Positions 9,451-19,056 of a stretch of 64,000 bases of DNA are shown one piece after another. The notes under the pieces were generated by a model that was not told where the DNA came from, made no database searches, and was given only the letters and a program-made list of their open reading frames with translations. Location: positions 192,001 to 256,000 of the forward strand of contig CAWDDT010000010.1 in NCBI GenBank assembly GCA_963801165.1. Direction: 5' to 3'. Numbering within the stretch: position 1 is the first letter of the stretch; each line of letters opens with the position of its first letter. This stretch comes from an uncultured bacterium (lineage in GTDB: Bacteria > Actinomycetota > Acidimicrobiia > Spongiisociales > UBA5794). A program made the position numbers and the translations under genes.

Positions 9451-10164
9451 ATGAACGTGGCGGTCCCCGAACCCTTCAATGACGCTGAGGCCCGGTACCG
9501 GGAGCACGCCGGCTGGCCAACCGGCGGCGAGGATCGTGCCGTGATCATCGGGATCGGAGGCGGGTCGGGTTCGGGCAAGACGACGATCGCTGAGTCCGTG
9601 TTGGCCAATGTCGGGGCCGATACCGTCTCTCTCATCCAGCACGACGCTTACTACCGGGACTTGCCCGACCTGGCCTTCGAGGAGCGCGCCAGGGTCAACT
9701 ACGACCATCCGGACTCGCTCGAGACCGAGCTTCTCATCGAGCACATTCACGAGCTGAGGGCCGGGCGGACGATTGACCGTCCTGTCTACGACTTCACCAT
9801 TCACAGACGAACGAGCCGGACGGTCGCTGTGCGACCCGACCCCGTGATCATCATCGAAGGCATCCTCGTGCTCAGCGAACCTGAGCTACGCAGCGTCATG
9901 GATCTGCGCATCTACGTGGACGCCGACGCCGACCTGCGCTTCATCCGCCGTCTGGAACGAGATATCCAGGAGCGGGAGCGCACCGTGGAGTCGGTGATCG
10001 CTCAGTACCAGGAGACGGTCCGCCCGATGCATCTTCAGTTCGTAGAGCCGTCGAAACGGTACGCCGACATCATCGTCCCCAGCGGCGGGTACAACCGGGG
10101 CGCCGTCGGCACGATCATCTCGATGATCCGCGATGTCCTTTCGGAAGCCCGGCAGCGCACCTAG
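9451..10164 (+). CDS. udk: Uridine kinase
   Basis: GIGGGSGSGKTT, DAYY, NYDHPD, RRLERDI.ER and PMHLQFVEPSKRYAD motifs. Confidence 0.95.
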   Translation: MNVAVPEPFNDAEARYREHAGWPTGGEDRAVIIGIGGGSGSGKTTIAESVLANVGADTVSLIQHDAYYRDLPDLAFEERARVNYDHPDSLETELLIEHIHELRAGRTIDRPVYDFTIHRRTSRTVAVRPDPVIIIEGILVLSEPELRSVMDLRIYVDADADLRFIRRLERDIQERERTVESVIAQYQETVRPMHLQFVEPSKRYADIIVPSGGYNRGAVGTIISMIRDVLSEARQRT

Positions 10165-10937
10165 GCGGGAGGCCGTATGCGGCGCCGTCGCTCCTCGTAG
10201 CGGGCCGCGAGGATCTCCACCGCAGGCATCGCGGCATTCGCGTATATCCGATGACCGTACGCCGAAGCGTGGAACAGGTCGCCGGCGAACACCTCGTCCG
10301 GGTTGGTCAGGAATTCCTGCCAGCCGGCCGACCATGTGTGGGTCTTGATGACGTCGGGGAAGTCGTCAACCACGCGGCGGATCGCCCTGTCGAACGACCG
10401 TCCCCTGATCCTGACGATCGAGCGAATCAACGCCGGGAGTCGTGGGATCGATCCGAGATCGCCGATGCCGGACACCGCCACCCCCGGGACATGACGATCC
10501 AGCTGGGCGACGATCTGGCGATATTCCCGCTCGAAGCGGCTCAGTTGCGTCGCCCGCAGCGCATCGTTGGCGCCGATCGACACGAAGACGAGGTCGGGGT
10601 TGAGCGAAATCGCCGGCAGCAGCTGCCCGGCTATGACGTCTCTTGCCTTGGCGCCGCCGACCGCTACCGAGCGCAGCTCCACCCTGTACCTGTCCGAGAG
10701 CCTGTGGGCGATCTGTCGTGGCCACGACGCGTCGAGTGGCTCGACACCGGGTGAGGTCACCGAGCTGTCGCCCATGACGACGAGCCGCAGTCGGGGCAGA
10801 TCGGGATCGCCGAAGTCACCAGACGGGTCCTGGTTGCTGAGCGTGGGAAGGTCCTTGCGGCGACCGGCCCTCACCACCTGAGCGACCAGGACACCGACGC
10901 CAAACAGCGGCTTCCGGAGGAAACGCAATCGTGACAT
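10161..10937 (-). CDS. SGNH/GDSL hydrolase
   Basis: MGDS, IGAND and DLFHAS..GH blocks. Confidence 0.85.
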   Translation of the reverse strand: MSRLRFLRKPLFGVGVLVAQVVRAGRRKDLPTLSNQDPSGDFGDPDLPRLRLVVMGDSSVTSPGVEPLDASWPRQIAHRLSDRYRVELRSVAVGGAKARDVIAGQLLPAISLNPDLVFVSIGANDALRATQLSRFEREYRQIVAQLDRHVPGVAVSGIGDLGSIPRLPALIRSIVRIRGRSFDRAIRRVVDDFPDVIKTHTWSAGWQEFLTNPDEVFAGDLFHASAYGHRIYANAAMPAVEILAARYEERRRRIRPPA

Positions 10938-10987
10938 AGCTTCATGATTGTACCGGTACCGGGCTGCTTGATTCTGCCGGTGCGGCA

Positions 10988-12652
10988 TCACGTGCGGAGC
11001 TCGCCAGGAGCTCCAGCGGGGACAAATGGCGCCGCCGGAGCGACCACGGGGACTCTGCGGTATGGCTCGTCCTGCGGCGGGCGAGGATCGGCTTCGCCCC
11101 TGTTGGGCCAGAGAGCCATAGCGCGTTCGGTCATGGCGGTGATGGTGAGAGCCGGATTGACCCCGAGGTTGGCCGGTAGAGCCGAACCGTCGGCGACGTG
11201 CAAGCCGGAGTATCCGAACACCCGGTGATACGGATCGATGGTCCCGGCAGTCGCGTTGGCACCGATGGAGGCGCCACCGATGATGTGCGCCGTCGTCGGC
11301 ACATCGAGGAGCACCTCGTTGATGGCGCTGGCCGGGTAGCCACCCATCGAGTTCGCCGCCACGCGTGCCGCCTCATTGGCGACGGGTATGTAGCTCGGAT
11401 TTGGTGTTGTGTCGTCCTGAGAGGAGCGCAGCCGCTCGCCAAACCGTCCCTTCTTCAGGGTCACGTGGATCCTGTTGTCCAGGCTTTGCATGACGAGCAA
11501 TATCACCGAACGCTCCGACCACCTGTGGACGGACAGGCTTCGTGCGAACCGGATGGGATGGCGGATCACCTCACCGAGAAAGCGGATCTGGCGAGGGACC
11601 CGGCCACCGCCGTCGACCAGGATCGTCGCCAGCAGCCCCATTGCGTTGCTGCCGGGCGGGTAGCGCACGGGTTCGATGTGGGTTTGGGGTTCGGGATGGA
11701 TCGACGAGGTGATGGCGACACCCTGGGAGTAGTCGACGTCCCGGCTCTTTGCGGTGGCGCCGAGCAGAGCCTCCGAGTTGGTGCGGACGGATTGGCCGAG
11801 CTGCTCGGAAAGCGCCGGCAACGATCCCTGTTGCAGTCGCAACAGGAGACGGGTCGTGCCGAGGGCACCGGCCGAGAAGACCACTTGATCCGCGGTGAAC
11901 GTGCGCTGCCGCTTACGGATCCAGGCGCCCGGTCGTTGAGTCGTCACTGTGTAGCCACCGTCTTTGCGGGCAGCGACGTCGAGCACTTCGGTCTCGGGGT
12001 GAACCACTGTCCCGGCCCGCTCGGCCAGGTACAGGTAGTTGCGGTCCAGCGTGTTCTTGGCGTTGAACCGGCAGCCCACCATGCATCCGCCGCAGGTGAC
12101 ACAGCCGGTTCGCTCCGGTCCCACTCCGCCGAAGTAGGGATCGGGCGTCGTCTCGCCCGCCTCTCCGAAGTAGACCCCAACCGGGGCGGGTGTGTACGTC
12201 TCCTCAACACCGAAGTGAGCGGCGACGTCTTTGAGGACGAGATCGGCCGGAGTCGTGTTGGGATAGGGGGTAGCGCCGAGCATCCGCTTTGCTTGAGCGA
12301 AAAACGGAGCCAGTTCTTCCTTCCATCCGGTGATGGCGCCCCAGGTGTTGTCGCTGTAGAACGCATCGTGCGGTTCGTACAGCGTGTTGGCGTAAACCAG
12401 CGACCCGCCGCCAACGCCGGCGCCCGACAGCACGAGTACGTCATGGAGAAGTGTCAGCCGCTGGATACCCCGCATGCCGAGACGGGGAAACCAGAAGAAC
12501 TTGCGAAGGTTCCAGTTGGTCTTCGGGTAGTCGTCTTTGCCGAACCGTCTTCCGGATTCGAGCACGGCGACCCGGTATCCCTTCTCGGAGAGACGGAGCG
12601 CGGTGACGCTGCCACCAAAGCCCGACCCGATCACGACCACGTCGTAGTGCAT
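10988..12652 (-). CDS. choD: Cholesterol oxidase-like GMC oxidoreductase
   Basis: IGSGFGGSV, GVGGGSLVYANTLY, CxxCGxCMVGCR, NAKNTL and NLGVNPALTITA motifs. Confidence 0.85.
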   Translation of the reverse strand: MHYDVVVIGSGFGGSVTALRLSEKGYRVAVLESGRRFGKDDYPKTNWNLRKFFWFPRLGMRGIQRLTLLHDVLVLSGAGVGGGSLVYANTLYEPHDAFYSDNTWGAITGWKEELAPFFAQAKRMLGATPYPNTTPADLVLKDVAAHFGVEETYTPAPVGVYFGEAGETTPDPYFGGVGPERTGCVTCGGCMVGCRFNAKNTLDRNYLYLAERAGTVVHPETEVLDVAARKDGGYTVTTQRPGAWIRKRQRTFTADQVVFSAGALGTTRLLLRLQQGSLPALSEQLGQSVRTNSEALLGATAKSRDVDYSQGVAITSSIHPEPQTHIEPVRYPPGSNAMGLLATILVDGGGRVPRQIRFLGEVIRHPIRFARSLSVHRWSERSVILLVMQSLDNRIHVTLKKGRFGERLRSSQDDTTPNPSYIPVANEAARVAANSMGGYPASAINEVLLDVPTTAHIIGGASIGANATAGTIDPYHRVFGYSGLHVADGSALPANLGVNPALTITAMTERAMALWPNRGEADPRPPQDEPYRRVPVVAPAAPFVPAGAPGELRT

Positions 12653-12700
12653 CACCCCAACTCTCGCCGATCGACGACGCGATTGCCAGTGCAACCTCGC

Positions 12701-13792
12701 CTAGACGTTGAAGCGGAACAGGATCACGTCGCCTTCCTTGACGACGTACTCCTTGCCCTCGAGACGCCACTTGCCGGCTTCCTTGGCGCCGTGCTCGCCG
12801 CCGTTGGCGATGAACTCGTCATAGGAGATGACCTCGGCACGGATGAAGCCCTTCTCGAAGTCGGTGTGGATCTTGCCGGCGACCTGTGGGGCGGTCATCC
12901 CGTGCCGGAAGGTCCACGCCCGCACCTGCTTCTCACCCTGGGTGAAGTAGGTGCCCAGGTCGAGGAGGTGGTAGGCAGCCCGGATGACGCGGTTGAGACC
13001 GGGCTCCGTCTCGCCGATGTCGGAGAGGAACTCGTCCTTGTCCTCGTCGTCGAGTTGCGCGATCTCGGCCTCGACCTCGGCGCAGATCACGACCACGTCG
13101 GCGCTCTCCTCACGACCGCGTTCCTCAACCAGCTTGACGAACTCGTTGTCGTGCTCGGATGCCTCTTCGATGTTGGCGACGTACATCATCGGCTTGAGGG
13201 TGAGTAGCCGGTACTCGCGAACCGCCCTTCTCTCTTCGGCGGTGAGCGGCAGCGTGCGCACCGGCTTGCCCTGGTCGAGGTGATTCCTGATCGTCGTCAG
13301 CGTTGCCAGCAACCTGGTGGCGGCCTTGTCGCCCGCCTTGCCCTTCCGCTCGGTGCGATCGATGGCCCTCTCGATGGCCGCCTCGTCGGCGAGGGCGAGC
13401 TCGACGTTGATCGTCTCGATGTCTGCGATGGGATCGACCTTGCCGGTGACGTGGGCGATGTCGGGGTCCTCGAAGCAGCGCACGATGTGGACGATGGCGT
13501 CGGTGTCCTTGATGTGCCCGAGGAACTGGTTGCCGAGACCCTCACCTTTGGAGGCCCCGGCGACAAGGCCGGCGATGTCGACGAACTCCATCGTGGTCGG
13601 CACGATCTCACCGGGATGGACGAGGTCGGCTATCCGATACAGCCTCGGGTCGGGGACCGGCACGACCCCCACGTTCGGGTCGATCGTGCAGAACGGGTAG
13701 TTCTCGGCCGCGATCTCAGCGCTTGTGAGCGCGTTGAACAGGGTTGATTTTCCGACGTTGGGAAGTCCCACGATGCCGCACTGCAGCGCCAA
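12701..13792 (-). CDS. ychF: Obg-family ATPase YchF
   Basis: [31 protein letters not shown] and terminal FRFNV. Confidence 0.97.
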   Translation of the reverse strand: MALQCGIVGLPNVGKSTLFNALTSAEIAAENYPFCTIDPNVGVVPVPDPRLYRIADLVHPGEIVPTTMEFVDIAGLVAGASKGEGLGNQFLGHIKDTDAIVHIVRCFEDPDIAHVTGKVDPIADIETINVELALADEAAIERAIDRTERKGKAGDKAATRLLATLTTIRNHLDQGKPVRTLPLTAEERRAVREYRLLTLKPMMYVANIEEASEHDNEFVKLVEERGREESADVVVICAEVEAEIAQLDDEDKDEFLSDIGETEPGLNRVIRAAYHLLDLGTYFTQGEKQVRAWTFRHGMTAPQVAGKIHTDFEKGFIRAEVISYDEFIANGGEHGAKEAGKWRLEGKEYVVKEGDVILFRFNV

Positions 13793-13834
13793 TTCCGGTC
13801 TCCGGGTTCGTAGAGAAGCGGAGCTTAGCCCCGG

Positions 13835-15868
13835 TCAGGGTGTGGCGAACCACCGCTGTTGCGCCGGGTTGCTGCACTGCGGGGACACATCCGGACCCGT
13901 ACTCGGCCATGTGGTCGCTCCGTAAAATCCCGGAGCCGAGTCCATGTAGAGCGAATCGGGTATGTCGTGCGAGGTTATGTCCGGATCCCACCGGATCACT
14001 CCGGCCTCGAAGTTGCCGTGGAGCAAGGTTCCGGTGACGCCGGGATCGATGGCGATCTCGTCGGGAGAGCCGAGCAAGACGTTTCCCACGAGGTTCTGGG
14101 TTTGTGACGAATCGCGGACGAAGACACCCTCCTCCAGGATGCAGTTGCGCAGCGCTGTGTTCCCCGGTCCCGCCGGGCCCCAGTAGTCCCCGAACCCGAT
14201 CTCCTCGACGATGTTCCCTTCGAACAGGTTCATCGCCGGGTAGTGGCCGTGCAACGCGATATCTGGCAGGAGGTTGCCGTTGTTGTCGTGGCTGTCGGTG
14301 GAGAAGTTGTAGCCGAAGACGTTGCCGGCGGCGCCGAGCTGGATGATCATCGAGTGGCGGAGGGATTCGAAGATGTTGTTCTCGGTGAGACAGCCGGTCG
14401 TGTGACGCCCGAGGCTGGCCCCGTACCCGTGACCCCCGCCTCCGTGATCGAGAGCATCGACGAACCGGCTATCGCGAATCTCACAGCGGTAGACAGACTC
14501 GGTGCCGACGTGGGCCCGGTAGGCCATCTCGCTGCGTACGTTGTCGACCCACACGTATGCCGCGTTCTTGAAGCTGATCGTGGCGCCGTCACCCGGGTCG
14601 AGCCTCTCGATGGCCAGGCTCTCGACTCCGGCGTACTCGATGAGGCCGAGCGGGCGAAGCACGGGATGAAGCGAGGAGCCGTAGCTGTGGTGCAGCGGCT
14701 CGGCGAGCGTGACCTGGTTGCCGGAGACCGCGACGACCCTGACCATCTCGCCGACCGAAGCTTCCGCCCAGTCGACGTCCCACGCCGGGTCCGTGTACAT
14801 GATGGCAGGGTCGTTGTCCTGCTGGATCTCGGCGAAACCCGGGGCGGAGATGCCGCCCGTGTTTGCCAGCGTGAGTACGGTGGACCCCTTGCCCATGCCG
14901 TCGGTGATGCCGCGCCAATCGCCCCGTTCGTAGGTGACGGCGTCGATGGCGGGGACGGCGGCACCACCGAGATCGAACTCGAGCCGGGTCTCGTCGGGGC
15001 CCGCGCCCCGCAGGACGACGCCATCGTCTAGTTCGACGGTCCCGTTGATCCTGTAGGTGCCGGCGGGAACGTATACGACGCCGCCCGGGCCGGGCAGAGC
15101 GTCGATGGCGGCGGTGAACGCCGCATAGTCGTCGCTGGTGCCGTCTCCCACTGCGCCATAGTCGGTGACGGAAACCGCGACCGGATCGTGAGGGATGCCG
15201 TCGGGGAGCCCGGGGTCCCAGACGGTGCGTCGGCTGTCCGGGATGATTGCGGTTTCGGGAGGCGTCCCGGTCAGGGCGCGGTGGAGGAACGCCGCCATCT
15301 GACCGCGGCTGACCGGATCGTTGGGGCAGAAGAGACTGTCCGCAGGTGGGTTGCAGCCTCTGGTGACTGCCGCGGCAGCCAGCTTCTCGATGTCTGCCTC
15401 GAAGATGGAGCCATCGTCGTCGCTGAACGGGTCACCGGCCCGGGTGGCGAGGTCGAGGGCCCGGGTAAGAAACGCGGCCATCTCGGCCCTGGTCACGATG
15501 GCGTCGGGGCAGAAGCGATCGTTGGTTGGTGGGTTGCATCCCCTGGTGATCCCGGCCGCACCGAGGGCTTCGATTGCGGACTCGAACACGGAGCCGTTGT
15601 CGTCTGTGAACTCCACCGTGCCGGGATTGGTCAGATCGAGTGCTCTCACCAGGAAGGCTGCCATCTGGCCCCGCGTAACGGGATCGTCCGGGCAGAAGCG
15701 GTCGTCGACCGGTGGGTTGCATCCTCTGGTGATCCCCTCGGCCGCCAGCCACGTGATGTCGGCCGCGAAAACATTCCCGGCCGCAACGTCCGCAAACGGC
15801 GCATCGGCTCTGACGGGAGCAGGCAGCAGGGCGGCCAGCATAAGTGTGGCGACCATCACTCGGCGCAT
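13835..15868 (-). CDS. Secreted protein: three SLH-like repeats plus a right-handed beta-helix (pectate-lyase-3/GH-like) domain
   Basis: Signal peptide; 3x G(I/A)(V)TRGCNPP..FCP..V(T/S)R.(Q/E)MAAFL.RAL-type repeats; VTDYGAVGDG.SDD, VYVPAGTY and Asn-rich beta-helix repeats. Confidence 0.8.
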   Translation of the reverse strand: MRRVMVATLMLAALLPAPVRADAPFADVAAGNVFAADITWLAAEGITRGCNPPVDDRFCPDDPVTRGQMAAFLVRALDLTNPGTVEFTDDNGSVFESAIEALGAAGITRGCNPPTNDRFCPDAIVTRAEMAAFLTRALDLATRAGDPFSDDDGSIFEADIEKLAAAAVTRGCNPPADSLFCPNDPVSRGQMAAFLHRALTGTPPETAIIPDSRRTVWDPGLPDGIPHDPVAVSVTDYGAVGDGTSDDYAAFTAAIDALPGPGGVVYVPAGTYRINGTVELDDGVVLRGAGPDETRLEFDLGGAAVPAIDAVTYERGDWRGITDGMGKGSTVLTLANTGGISAPGFAEIQQDNDPAIMYTDPAWDVDWAEASVGEMVRVVAVSGNQVTLAEPLHHSYGSSLHPVLRPLGLIEYAGVESLAIERLDPGDGATISFKNAAYVWVDNVRSEMAYRAHVGTESVYRCEIRDSRFVDALDHGGGGHGYGASLGRHTTGCLTENNIFESLRHSMIIQLGAAGNVFGYNFSTDSHDNNGNLLPDIALHGHYPAMNLFEGNIVEEIGFGDYWGPAGPGNTALRNCILEEGVFVRDSSQTQNLVGNVLLGSPDEIAIDPGVTGTLLHGNFEAGVIRWDPDITSHDIPDSLYMDSAPGFYGATTWPSTGPDVSPQCSNPAQQRWFATP

Positions 15869-15945
15869 GCCGGCATCGTGCCACACCTGCCGGGGCTACC
15901 GGAGACCGGCTTTGCTCAGCGTGGGCGATGGGATAGGTTGCCATC

Positions 15946-16914
15946 GTGGAAGATGGCGCAACACTCATCGAAGCGAGCGATCTCGACGGGTTGATCCGAC
16001 TCATCGACGGACTCGTCACGTCACGCGACTGGCCGGGGATCGTAACTTTGCGGGACCGCTGTATCGAGGCTGTCGAGCGCGGCAAGCAGCTATGGGGGAT
16101 TGCCCAGTTCGCCGAGTACCGGCTGGCGCTCGACGCACCGGCCTCGTTTGCGGGCACGGTCGTGAAGGAAGGCGCAGGTCGCTTTGCGCTCGGGCCTCTG
16201 TGGGAGGTGGCGGCATCCACCCACACGTGGGAGGAGCTCGAGGGCGAGATTGATGACCGGAGGCTTCGCACCCTGGTCGCACATGAGCGGGTGCTGCGTG
16301 GTGACGCCGTCACGGGGGCTGACATCGACAGCCACGTACTCGAACTGCCGATCGGCATCCAACCCTGGGAGCCGCGCTACTCGCTCGCGGCCTACCGATC
16401 GGACCGAGCCGATTTCCCCGAGGGAGATCGTCCCGGGCTGGCGTGGATCGAATTGGGCGAACCGGTCGCCAAGGAGACGGAAGACGATGCGCTCGAGGCG
16501 CTTGCGGTCCTGACTCAGCCGTGGAGCGAGCAGTCAAACGGGCGCACCGTCGGCGTCACCGTTGTCGGTGACCCCTATGCGGCGATCCGGACGTTGGGTC
16601 CACACCGGGTGCGGGCCGCCGAGGTCGACCTGAAGACGGCGCTCGAGGTGATGGCGTGGACCGGTGCCTCCGGTGGGGCGTACGGGCGCAGACGGGGAAG
16701 TCCAGTTGGCCGCATGCTCGCCTGGTGGGCGCTCGCAGCCCTGCTGGGTTACGACGACATCGACGATCCGGAGGCGCTCGGCGAGGAGGGTGCCTCGCTA
16801 CAGTGGGTGCTGTGGGAGCCTGGGGACCGGATCGGCGGTTGGGGGTTCCATCTCGCTGTTGCCGATCCAGACGATGGTCTGGCCTGGGCCGTCAGCACCG
16901 CAGATGCCGTATAG
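15946..16914 (+). CDS. Conserved actinobacterial hypothetical protein (DUF6183-like)
   Basis: AEYRLAL, GPLWEVAA and SGGAYGRRRG motifs; TAGGTT -10 box just before the GTG. Confidence 0.65.
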   Translation: MEDGATLIEASDLDGLIRLIDGLVTSRDWPGIVTLRDRCIEAVERGKQLWGIAQFAEYRLALDAPASFAGTVVKEGAGRFALGPLWEVAASTHTWEELEGEIDDRRLRTLVAHERVLRGDAVTGADIDSHVLELPIGIQPWEPRYSLAAYRSDRADFPEGDRPGLAWIELGEPVAKETEDDALEALAVLTQPWSEQSNGRTVGVTVVGDPYAAIRTLGPHRVRAAEVDLKTALEVMAWTGASGGAYGRRRGSPVGRMLAWWALAALLGYDDIDDPEALGEEGASLQWVLWEPGDRIGGWGFHLAVADPDDGLAWAVSTADAV

Positions 16915-16986
16915 GGAGTACCACGTAGCGTCGCCGGAGGTGGTGTCCACCATCTAGTCTCAGCGACCACGCAGATCGGAGGACGC

Positions 16987-17421
16987 ATGAAGAGCAAGGC
17001 AACGGCGAGTTGGAGTGGGGACCTGTTTGGCGGCTCGGGAACGACGAGTCTGACAGGAAGCGGCGCGGCCGGCCCGCTGCCGGTCTCGTGGGCGAGCCGC
17101 ACTGAGGAAGCTGCCGGCAAGACGAGCCCCGAAGAGCTGATTGCAGCCGCCCACGCGGCCTGTTATTCCATGGCGCTGTCGAACACGCTTGCCGGCGCCG
17201 GCCATGCACCCGACAAGCTCGACGTCGAGGCGGTGGCAACGTTCGAGAAGGTCGAGGCGGGCTGGCGACTCACCACAATGGCATTGTCGGTGACCGGATC
17301 GGTTCCCGGTGTCAGCGCCGAGGACTTCGCCGCAAGTGCCGCTGCCGCCAAAGAGGGGTGCCCGGTGTCCAACGCCCTCAGGGGCAACGTCGAGATCACG
17401 CTGGAGGCGACGCTGGTCTGA
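16987..17421 (+). CDS. osmC: OsmC-family peroxiredoxin
   Basis: SPEELIAAAHAACYSMAL and AK.GCPVSNAL motifs; SD GGAGG. Confidence 0.93.
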   Translation: MKSKATASWSGDLFGGSGTTSLTGSGAAGPLPVSWASRTEEAAGKTSPEELIAAAHAACYSMALSNTLAGAGHAPDKLDVEAVATFEKVEAGWRLTTMALSVTGSVPGVSAEDFAASAAAAKEGCPVSNALRGNVEITLEATLV

Positions 17422-17444
17422 GCCCGGGCGGAGATGTGGCTCGG

Positions 17445-17828
17445 CTACGGCAACTGACCGATGAGCAGCCGCGCCACGTACCCGATGGCGACTCCGATGG
17501 TCCAGCTCGCCAACGATCCGACGAGCACGTATTCGGGCCGCATCGCCGGGTCGTCACCGGTGATCTCGGGGAAGCGCAGGATGCTCTTGGCCGTCACCAC
17601 CAACCCTACGGCAGTGGGGGCGTCGGAGATCATGAGCAGCACGATCAGTATTCGCTCGAAGCGGCCTATCCACCGGCCCAGACCGGGCCGCGAGATTGTC
17701 GCACCGTCGTTCAGTTCGATCGCCGTCAGCAGCCGGCGAACCACGGCTGCCGTCGGCCACCAGGCCAACACCAGAGCGATCGCGACGATTGCCGTGTAGC
17801 CAAGCCAGTGGATCGCCGGGTCGGTCAT
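17445..17828 (-). CDS. Small membrane protein resembling the C-terminal half of DUF3307-containing proteins
   Basis: GRWIGRFERILI, AKSILRF and EYVLVGSLASW motifs; ATGA overlap with satD. Confidence 0.7.
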   Translation of the reverse strand: MTDPAIHWLGYTAIVAIALVLAWWPTAAVVRRLLTAIELNDGATISRPGLGRWIGRFERILIVLLMISDAPTAVGLVVTAKSILRFPEITGDDPAMRPEYVLVGSLASWTIGVAIGYVARLLIGQLP

Positions 17829-18457
17829 GACGTGGTCTTCGCAGAAGCGGCGAGACTGAGCAGACCATTGCGATGAGCCCGGCGTGAGACGACACCGGGG
17901 GTGACGCCGAGTTGCTTGGCAATGGCGGTCTGGGTAGCGCCGTCGAGGAGACCGAGGGTTATCCGGGCGTCCGAATCGTCGATCCCGGCGAGCACCTCGT
18001 CGCGTAGGCTCACCGCGACTTCGAGAAACGCCGGGTCGGCGAAGCCGGCGGTGAATCCGGCGGTGAAAACGGTTCGTCGATTCTCCGGGACCCTTTGCCG
18101 TGACGATTGCTTGAGGGCGACGAGGGCGTCACGGGCCGTCCACCACGCCGGACCGTCCTGCACCGCGGCGTCGGCAGACTCGGGGAAGGCGGTCACCTCG
18201 CCCCAGGCGACGCTCAGCCATAGGTCGTGGCCGTGCGCTCTCATGAGGAGACGCAGCCGCAGCGTTGCCGCCCATGCCCCGGCAATGGTTGCGTACGAGC
18301 CCTCGAACTCGTCACCCCGGGTTATCCGCAGCGTTGTGAGCGGGGAGGTGGTGTGGTTGACCACGTCGAGGACATCGACGAATGCGTGTTGCATAGTGTC
18401 GCGCTCACGCGTCAGCTTGGAGTCAACGATGTCGCCGATGACAGCGGCCAGTTGCAC
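17825..18457 (-). CDS. SatD-family protein (palm/cyclase-like domain + C-terminal HTH)
   Basis: IGDIVDS, RGDEF, DGPAWW.AR and HTH TQTAIAKQLGVTPGVVSRR; SD AAGGAG. Confidence 0.85.
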   Translation of the reverse strand: MQLAAVIGDIVDSKLTRERDTMQHAFVDVLDVVNHTTSPLTTLRITRGDEFEGSYATIAGAWAATLRLRLLMRAHGHDLWLSVAWGEVTAFPESADAAVQDGPAWWTARDALVALKQSSRQRVPENRRTVFTAGFTAGFADPAFLEVAVSLRDEVLAGIDDSDARITLGLLDGATQTAIAKQLGVTPGVVSRRAHRNGLLSLAASAKTTS

Positions 18458-18470
18458 TTTGCTCCTTGAT

Positions 18471-18545
18471 TTGCTCTACCAAGACAAGTATAACAGCTAT
18501 TGCTCTGTTGAGACAATTGGTATACTGCTTGTCGTTTCAAGGCAA
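18471..18545 (-). promoter_or_regulatory. Three 17-bp TTG-N11-CAA boxes at a 29-bp period overlapping the satD promoter (TTGTCT-N18-TATACT)
   Basis: TTGCTCTACCAAGACAA at 18471, TTGCTCTGTTGAGACAA at 18500, TTGTCGTTTCAAGGCAA at 18529. Confidence 0.65.
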
Positions 18546-18546
18546 A

Positions 18547-18930
18547 TCATCCACCCTGAAGGTGTGGCAATGCCGAAAGGTGATCGTCTACTGCCACCGC
18601 AAAGTGGAGACTGTCGCCGTTTGCGTGCAGCAGGTACATGGCCTCGATGTTGACGCCGGAATCGGCCAGCTTGCGGGCCATCTCGGCAAGGGCGTGCGGG
18701 TTGTCCTTGACGACGGTCTCGATGACCCGTTGCTCTTCGTACTGGATGCCGGCGTCACGGAATACGCGGCGGGCCTCGTCGACATCGCTTGCCATCAACC
18801 GGACGATGCTGTCGGTCCCGATCGAGAAAGCGGCGAGGGCCTCGATGTGGACTCCGGCCTCGGCGAGTTTGTCGGTGAGGGTGGCAAGCTGGCCGGGGCG
18901 ATTGGCCATGTGGACCGTGAACTCGTTCAT
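18547..18930 (-). CDS. Tandem ACT-domain protein
   Basis: NRPGQLA..LAEAGVHI and DNPHALA..LADSGVNI repeats. Confidence 0.85.
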   Translation of the reverse strand: MNEFTVHMANRPGQLATLTDKLAEAGVHIEALAAFSIGTDSIVRLMASDVDEARRVFRDAGIQYEEQRVIETVVKDNPHALAEMARKLADSGVNIEAMYLLHANGDSLHFAVAVDDHLSALPHLQGG

Positions 18931-19056
18931 GCACAATAGCCTACGCCTTTCCGGTTCTCGGCGGGGGGTCGTTAGGCCGATCGTGAACAAAGTCAATCCC
19001 ACGTCGTCCCCCCGCGCGTAAGCTTCGTTGCATCGTCAGTCGAGAGAGGGAGCGCC

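Noticed and set aside
11198-13207. 669-aa plus-strand ORF and similar long antisense ORFs (e.g. 34825..36054, 40171..41181, 26780..27754)
   Set aside because: These are shadow ORFs opposite well-supported genes in GC-rich DNA, with no motifs.
18045-18067. CCGGCGGTGAA repeated in satD (FTAGFTAGF)
   Set aside because: A short in-frame duplication with no evident consequence.
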